DNA of 63,999 bases, the filler included, from Aduncisulcus paluster (taxonomy: Eukaryota), in the NCBI GenBank assembly GCA_024181965.1. It is 14 parts of 14 records of this genome, joined end to end, with 100 filler letters (N's around TTAATTAATTAA, not from the genome) between each part and the next. Parts side by side here need not be neighbours in the genome. Positions count along the whole stretch, not along the records: positions 46,144 to 62,329 come from BQXS01011879.1; positions 62,430 to 63,999 come from BQXS01011900.1; 12 more parts are not named here. One strand, written 5' to 3'. Positions 58,125 through 63,999 of the stretch are shown in pieces; the first letter of the stretch is position 1; every line of letters begins with the position of its first letter. The notes under the pieces are model-generated. The model was not told where the DNA came from and made no database searches. It worked only from the letters and a program-made list of their open reading frames with translations. A program made the position numbers and the translations under genes.

Positions 58125-61100
58125 ATGAGCACATCTGTACCTCCCGATTCGCGCGAAAAACAGTTAGAAAGGGAAAATGATTTCCTTCATTTTACAGTTA
58201 GAGAACTAAAAAGCAAGATTAGTGCAATGGAAGGGAAAATAAGTGTAATGGATGAAAATTCAAAGCAAACAATACAAATGCTACAAAGCGACTTCGAATC
58301 TGCTACTTCTGAGAAGGAAAGATTGTTAATTGGTAATACACAGCTTAGTATTGTAAATACTGATATGAAAGAGAAAATAGAAGTGCTCGAAGCCGAATTA
58401 AAGGCTCTTCGAGCAGATGATCCTGCTGCCCTTGTTGAGCCTTATCGCCATCGGGTAACTGAACTTGAATTAAAGCTTGAGAAGATGCATATGAGTTATG
58501 CCGAATTACAAATGCAATTAGATAAGGAGCACAAATTAAAGGATGATCTCAGACGGAGTCACATAAAAGCGATGGATGCTATGCATAAAAAACATATTTC
58601 CCAGCTCAAAGAGAAGGATGACCATATTTCGGCTGCTGATATTCGAATTCGAGAAATGAAAGAGGAAATCGACCGTCAAGCTAAGTATGCCGATACAGAA
58701 ATACGTGAGCATCATACTGTTCAAAGGCAAATTGTTGCAGAGAATCAAGAAGAATTGGAAACTTCACGCCGAAAACTTTTTGCTCTCCACGATACAATTC
58801 GTAAGATGGAAGATGAAATGGATGAACGTGAAAGAGCGAGTGAAAGAGCAAGAAAAGAGTATAAACAGGGCAAAAAGACGCTTGAAGATGAAAATAAGTC
58901 CTTCAGAATTCGCATCACTGAATTATCTTCTGAGCTCGAAAAACAGGCGAGCTTCCATGGAATTCAAATGAAAAACCTCAGAGAAGAAATGAAGAAACAG
59001 ATTAAAAGACAAGGTGAATTGGCATCTGATGGTGACAAGTCGTTGCAGTCTATGAAATTGACTTGCGAGGATCTCAGGCAGCAAATAGCTGATCTCAACG
59101 AACAACAAGAGAGATCTCGTAAAACTCTGCAAAACGAACGTCGCGAACATGAAGCCCGCGAAAAGCATCTGAAGGATGAGAATTCAGCCTATTTGTCTCG
59201 TATATCCGAACTTTCCTCTGAGATTGAGAAACAAGCCAATTATCACGAGGTTCAAATGGCTAAAATGGTTGAAGAAATGCATAAACAAAGTCGTGGTCAA
59301 GGTGCCATGGCCTCTGATGGAGATAAGACTCTCCGATCAATGAAAGATACCTGCCAAGACCTCCGTCAACAGATTTTAAAGCTTGAGGATGGCCAAGAGA
59401 GATATCGTAAGACTCTGCAAAGTGAGCGCCGTGAACATGAAGCCCGTGAGAAGCATTTGAAAGAGGAGAATACTGCCTACCTTGCTCGTGTTTCTGAACT
59501 CTCCTCAGAGATGGAAAAACAGGTCAGTTTCCATGAACGACAGCTCCAAGCCCTTCGAGATGAGATGAAACAACAGCTTCTCGGCCAAGATAGTTCAGCT
59601 TCTGAAACCCGCAAGAACTTCACCAAGGCACAACAAACTATTAGTGAGTTGAGAAGGCAAATGAGTGAGATGGAAGCCAAGGCTGTTGAAAGAGAAAAAC
59701 AGTTTGCCGCTGAGCAGGCAGCCTTAATTGAGGATAGAAAGCTTGTAGAAGGCGAAAACACTGCTTACAAACAACGCGTTGTTGATTTGGCTGCGGAAAT
59801 GCAGAAACAAGCCACCTTCCATGAAGCTCAAATCAAGGACATGGAAGGCGAGATGCATCGTCAACATTCTGACGGCAGTTCTCATCGGTTGGAAGTTGAG
59901 AAACTTCTTGATAATAGCAAACACGAGATCTCTGATCTCAAAGAGAAGATCAAAGAATATGAAGCCTCTCAGAGTGCCAAAGAACGTGCAATTCAACTCG
60001 AAAGGGAACAACTCAATGAAACTAGAAAAGCTTACGAAGAGGAGAATCGGGCTTACATTTCACGTGTTTCTGAGCTTACGTCAGAGATCAAGAAGCAAGG
60101 AGAGTTCCATGAAGAGCAGACTGCAAAGATGAAGAAGGAAAGCAAGCAATTGGAAGCTGAATGCAGTCGTCTCAAAATCCTTGCCAAATCCACTGAAGAT
60201 GGTGCCCAATCAGCCTCACAAGAGCTATTACAACAGATAAAGGAACTAACTCTCGAGAAAACCGCCCTCGAAGAAGCTGTTGAAGGTGCCAAACACCATG
60301 TATCTCTCCTTGATTCTGAAATGTCAAAGTTAACGACCTCCTGTGATTCTGAGATCGCAAGATATAAGACTGANNNNNNNNNNNNNNNNNNNNACTAGAA
60401 AAGATTACGAAGAGGAGAATCGGGCTTACATTTCACGTGTTTCTGAGCTTACGTCAGAGATCAAGAAGCAAGGAGAGTTCCATGAAGAGCAGACTGCAAA
60501 GATGAAGAAGGAAAGCAAGCAATTGGAAGCTGAATGCAGTCGTCTCAAAATCCTTGCCAAATCCACTGAAGATGGTGCCCAATCAGCCTCACAAGAGCTA
60601 TTACAACAGATAAAGGAACTAACTCTCGAGAAAACCGCCCTCGAAGAAGCTGTTGAAGGTGCCAAACACCAGGTATCTCTCCTTGATTCTGAAATGTCAA
60701 AGTTAACGACCTCCTGTGATTCTGAGATCGCAAGATATAAGACTGAGAACGAGTCTCTTCGTGCACAACTAGAAATATATTCCACTCAACAGCAAGAGAT
60801 GGCCAAGCTTCGTAAGGGTTACCATGAACTTGGTGTCGTTGAAGAAAAGTTCAAAATGCTTCAAAAATCATCAGATACTCGAGAAGAAGAGCTAAAAGAG
60901 CGTGTATCTGAGCTGAAAGCTGAAATATCTGACCTCAGGAGTGAACTCAGAGCAGAACGAGTCTCTGCTGATGATGCCCAAAGGAAAGTCAAAGAGTTGG
61001 AAGGAGAGCTCAAGACCCAGGATGTCTTCTCCAAGGGTCGTCTCAAGGTTCTTACCGATGAAAAGGCTAACCTCCTCCATGAACTGTCTGAATTACAGGC

Positions 61101-62329
61101 TAAACAGGCCAAAGATAGAGACAAAGTGGAAGTGGAGCACAAAGATACGAAAGAAAGACTAACTATAGCTCTCAGTGAGAAAGAAGAGGTAACCAAGCGT
61201 CTGTTTCTCCAGGAAACTGCAGCCAACCGGAAGATCAACGAGCTTCGTGAAGAACTTGAGGCCCAACATGCATGGGCCAAGCGTGAAATTGAACATTGTT
61301 CCCAAAAAGCCAGAAACCAAGGTCAAGAATCAGGGGAAGCCCTTAGCAAAGATAGAGTAGCACATCTTGAAGCAGAAGTTCAGAAGTACACGTCACGTGT
61401 GAGTGAACTTGAGATCCTCATGGAGAATATGCGCCGTAGCCGTGAGAGCGAGGTCAATGGTCTCAAGGAACGTCTGAGGCAGATGACTATTCATATCCAA
61501 ACCAACTCAAGGGGTTCAACTGATGATTTCTTGATGGCGGATGGTGGAGCCGTTGCTTCGGTGGCAGCTGCTGTGACAAGTCCTTCACGTGAACGTCATA
61601 TTAGTCCACGTCCCAGTTCATCTATTGCTCATTCTTCAGTTCGGAGTTCTCACACATCGCATACACCCATTCCTACTCCGGAGGAACTTATGGAACAATC
61701 TGACCATCATTCACCAACTCTTTCTCACCACTCTCTTCAAAATTCATCAGGACAGCACTCATCCGCTATGGTCGTATCGCCATCGTCTCAAGTGTCTTCT
61801 ATTAGACCATCTACTGCCTCTCCAGGAAGTACTAGGGGCAGATCAAGTGTACTAGCGAAAGGAATAGTTCCTAGACCTATCACAAGACCTATATCAGCAC
61901 TGCAGACCACTCATAGACGGAACTCAGCCTCAAGGCCGTATTCTGCGAGGTCATTCTCCCTTCCTCCTCCTCGTCGTGGCAGTGTTGAAGGTCCTATTGT
62001 TCCAAGTCGTAGTGGACACTCTTCTAGAGCTTCAGCAAGAGATATTGACCGCTCTATTGCTGACAGTGGAACCAATGGCAGTTCATCATCTCTCCCTCCT
62101 CAAATTCAGACTCATGATCTTATTGAGAACCATGTTCTATCCCCTGCTGCGCTTCATCTATCTGGATTGCCTCCTCTTAGTGCCCATTGTGCTGGAGTGG
62201 CCAGTGTTGGTATGAGTGCTCTCACACTCCCTTCATTCCACCTCTATGCTTCCAAGGCCTTGGCTTCAGCTGCTTTGAATCTTGTCATTGAGAGTATCAA
62301 AACATTCCAGAACAAAAACAAGTTCCTCA
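58125..62329 (+). CDS. Long internally repeated coiled-coil protein (one gene split by the gap artefact at 60374-60393), 3' truncated
   Basis: ~98-aa repeats with core ENxAYxxRxSELSSExEKQxxFHExQ; 60021-60373 duplicated at 60394-60746; Ser/Arg-rich tail. Confidence 0.85.
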
Positions 62330-62429
62330 NNNNNNNNNNNNNNNNNNNNNNNNNNNNNNNNNNNNNNNNNNNNTTAATTAATTAANNNNNNNNNNNNNNN
62401 NNNNNNNNNNNNNNNNNNNNNNNNNNNNN

Positions 62430-63999
62430 ATGGATCAAATGGAGAAGCCAGAGAGGGAACACGAAAGCCAGAAGAAGACTCTTGATGGAGCGTCGAAGAA
62501 GTGTTTGCTGCAGAAGCCGTGGCAGTGTAATGTGGAGTTGGTGGGAGAGGGGAAGAATTGGTTTGAGTGTCACGGTCAACTTTGGAAGCCCTAGATTCCT
62601 GTTCCCATTGTTTTCGAAGCCGTTCCTCTTCTTTTTTCTTCCTCTCACGTTCAATTTCTTCTTCTTTCTTCTTTTTCTCATCTTCTTCTTTCTTCTTTTT
62701 CTCATCTTCTTCTTTCTTTCTTAACTCTTTCTTTCTCCTTTCTTCTTGTTCTTTCTCTTCTTGAATTTTCATTTCCCGCTCCTTCTCTTCTTTCTTTCTC
62801 CTTTCTTCTTCTTTCTTTCTCCTTTCTTCTTCTTGTTTGATCAATTTCTCTCGCTCTTCTCTCTCTTTCTGCTTCTGGCGTGAAGACTCTTCCAACTTTC
62901 GTACCATTCGCCACCGTTTATCCTCTTCCGCGGTATTTCTATTTTTAGAGAGGAATATATCAAGTCTATTTTTAGGCACAGAACTAATCTCAGAATCTCC
63001 ATCAGAACGAGTAAAACTGAATCCGCTACTGCTATCGTCTTCCTCCAATTCTCTGGTCTGGTATTCCCTTTCTAACCTCCTTTCATGATCATTTAAAGTA
63101 TTGGTGGAAGAGAAAGGAAAATGCTTGACACTACGAGAAGAAGAAGTATCAATCGCCTTTGTAGTTTTCTTGTCGGAAGAGCTTCCTTTTCCTTCTTTTC
63201 CAGCTTTAGAACTCCATATTTCATCCCAATCTGGTACCACAGCAGATGATCCATACTTGCCGATTCCCACACTGGAATCACTAGTTTCGCTAAAAATAGA
63301 TGGTGACCGAGTCATTTGACCGGATTTAATAAAATCCATACCAGATTGTTGTTGTCCCTTTGTGCTATTTATAGATCCACTCAAACTCCCCGGTGAGAAA
63401 GTCAGTGGAGGAAGACATCCAAAACACGATGGTTCGGCTGTTTCTGTTCCGATTCTCCCAAATTCATCCATAAAAGACATTCCCCCACCTCCGTGACTAG
63501 ATATCTCAGACATCGACCCTTTCCTTCGAGATGGAGTATCTACATCATGCAATCTGGTCGGATTTAGCTTCTTTTGAGAGTCTGCTGATCCTCCAAATAC
63601 TGCCCATTCCTCCCATTCTGCCTTCATCACACGTTCCTCGAGTTCTTCCTCCCTTCTCTTCCTCTCTGCTTCTTCCTCATCTTCATTATCGGAAAGCCCA
63701 CGCTCTCTTCGCCGTTTACGACGCTCTTCTTCCCTTTCCCGTCTCTTAATCTTTAACTTTTTGATAATCTTTGTAAGGGCACCTATTCTGAGCCTATAAT
63801 GAAGTTGAACGACCTTTTGAGTGAATATAAAATACGGATTGGTGCTAATGCTTTGGGGAAGTTCTGCTCCTAATCCAACTTCCCGAGAGATACGGACAAG
63901 GTCTGACGGTGGGGGTAGTGTGGAAAGCACTGAGTGCATAGATGTTGATGTGGGGGATCCTGACACAGGCAGGGATGCCATTGGTAATGAAGAAATGGT
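62430..63999 (-). CDS. Hypothetical E/K/R-rich coiled-coil protein, partial at both ends
   Basis: Frame open from the window end (TISSLPMASLP...) to the linker. Confidence 0.8.

Noticed and set aside
5169..62429. Recurrent TTAATTAATTAA palindrome flanked by Ns as a biological repeat; gene neighbourhoods across it
   Set aside because: Fixed-length six-frame-stop linker added in concatenation; synteny across linkers is meaningless.

Overview
Eukaryotic, gene-dense and intron-poor sequence in the standard genetic code. It is not one locus. Fourteen short contigs or scaffolds are joined by 13 artificial 100-nt linkers (N44-TTAATTAATTAA-N44), and five 20-N scaffold gaps are flanked by duplicated overlaps. 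Gene style (poly-Ser/poly-Glu inserts, GTATGT introns, internalin-like LRR/Cys-rich surface proteins, a lineage-expanded beta-rich domain family) suggests a free-living fornicate (metamonad) such as Aduncisulcus paluster; this is inference, not a database result. Recognisable genes are VPS54, NOC3, CLF1/crooked neck, NAPE-PLD, LCP5/neuroguidin, an SCY1-like pseudokinase, a C2-domain protein and an NTF2-domain protein. Reading beyond the ORF track gave two small spliced genes (Apc13-like and Rpc17-like), a probable myristoylated gene start, a frameshifted gene of >1000 aa at the left edge, a tandem gene array with a templated insertion, a possible decayed RLE non-LTR retrotransposon and a hairpin cluster. 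No tRNA, rRNA or CRISPR array was seen.
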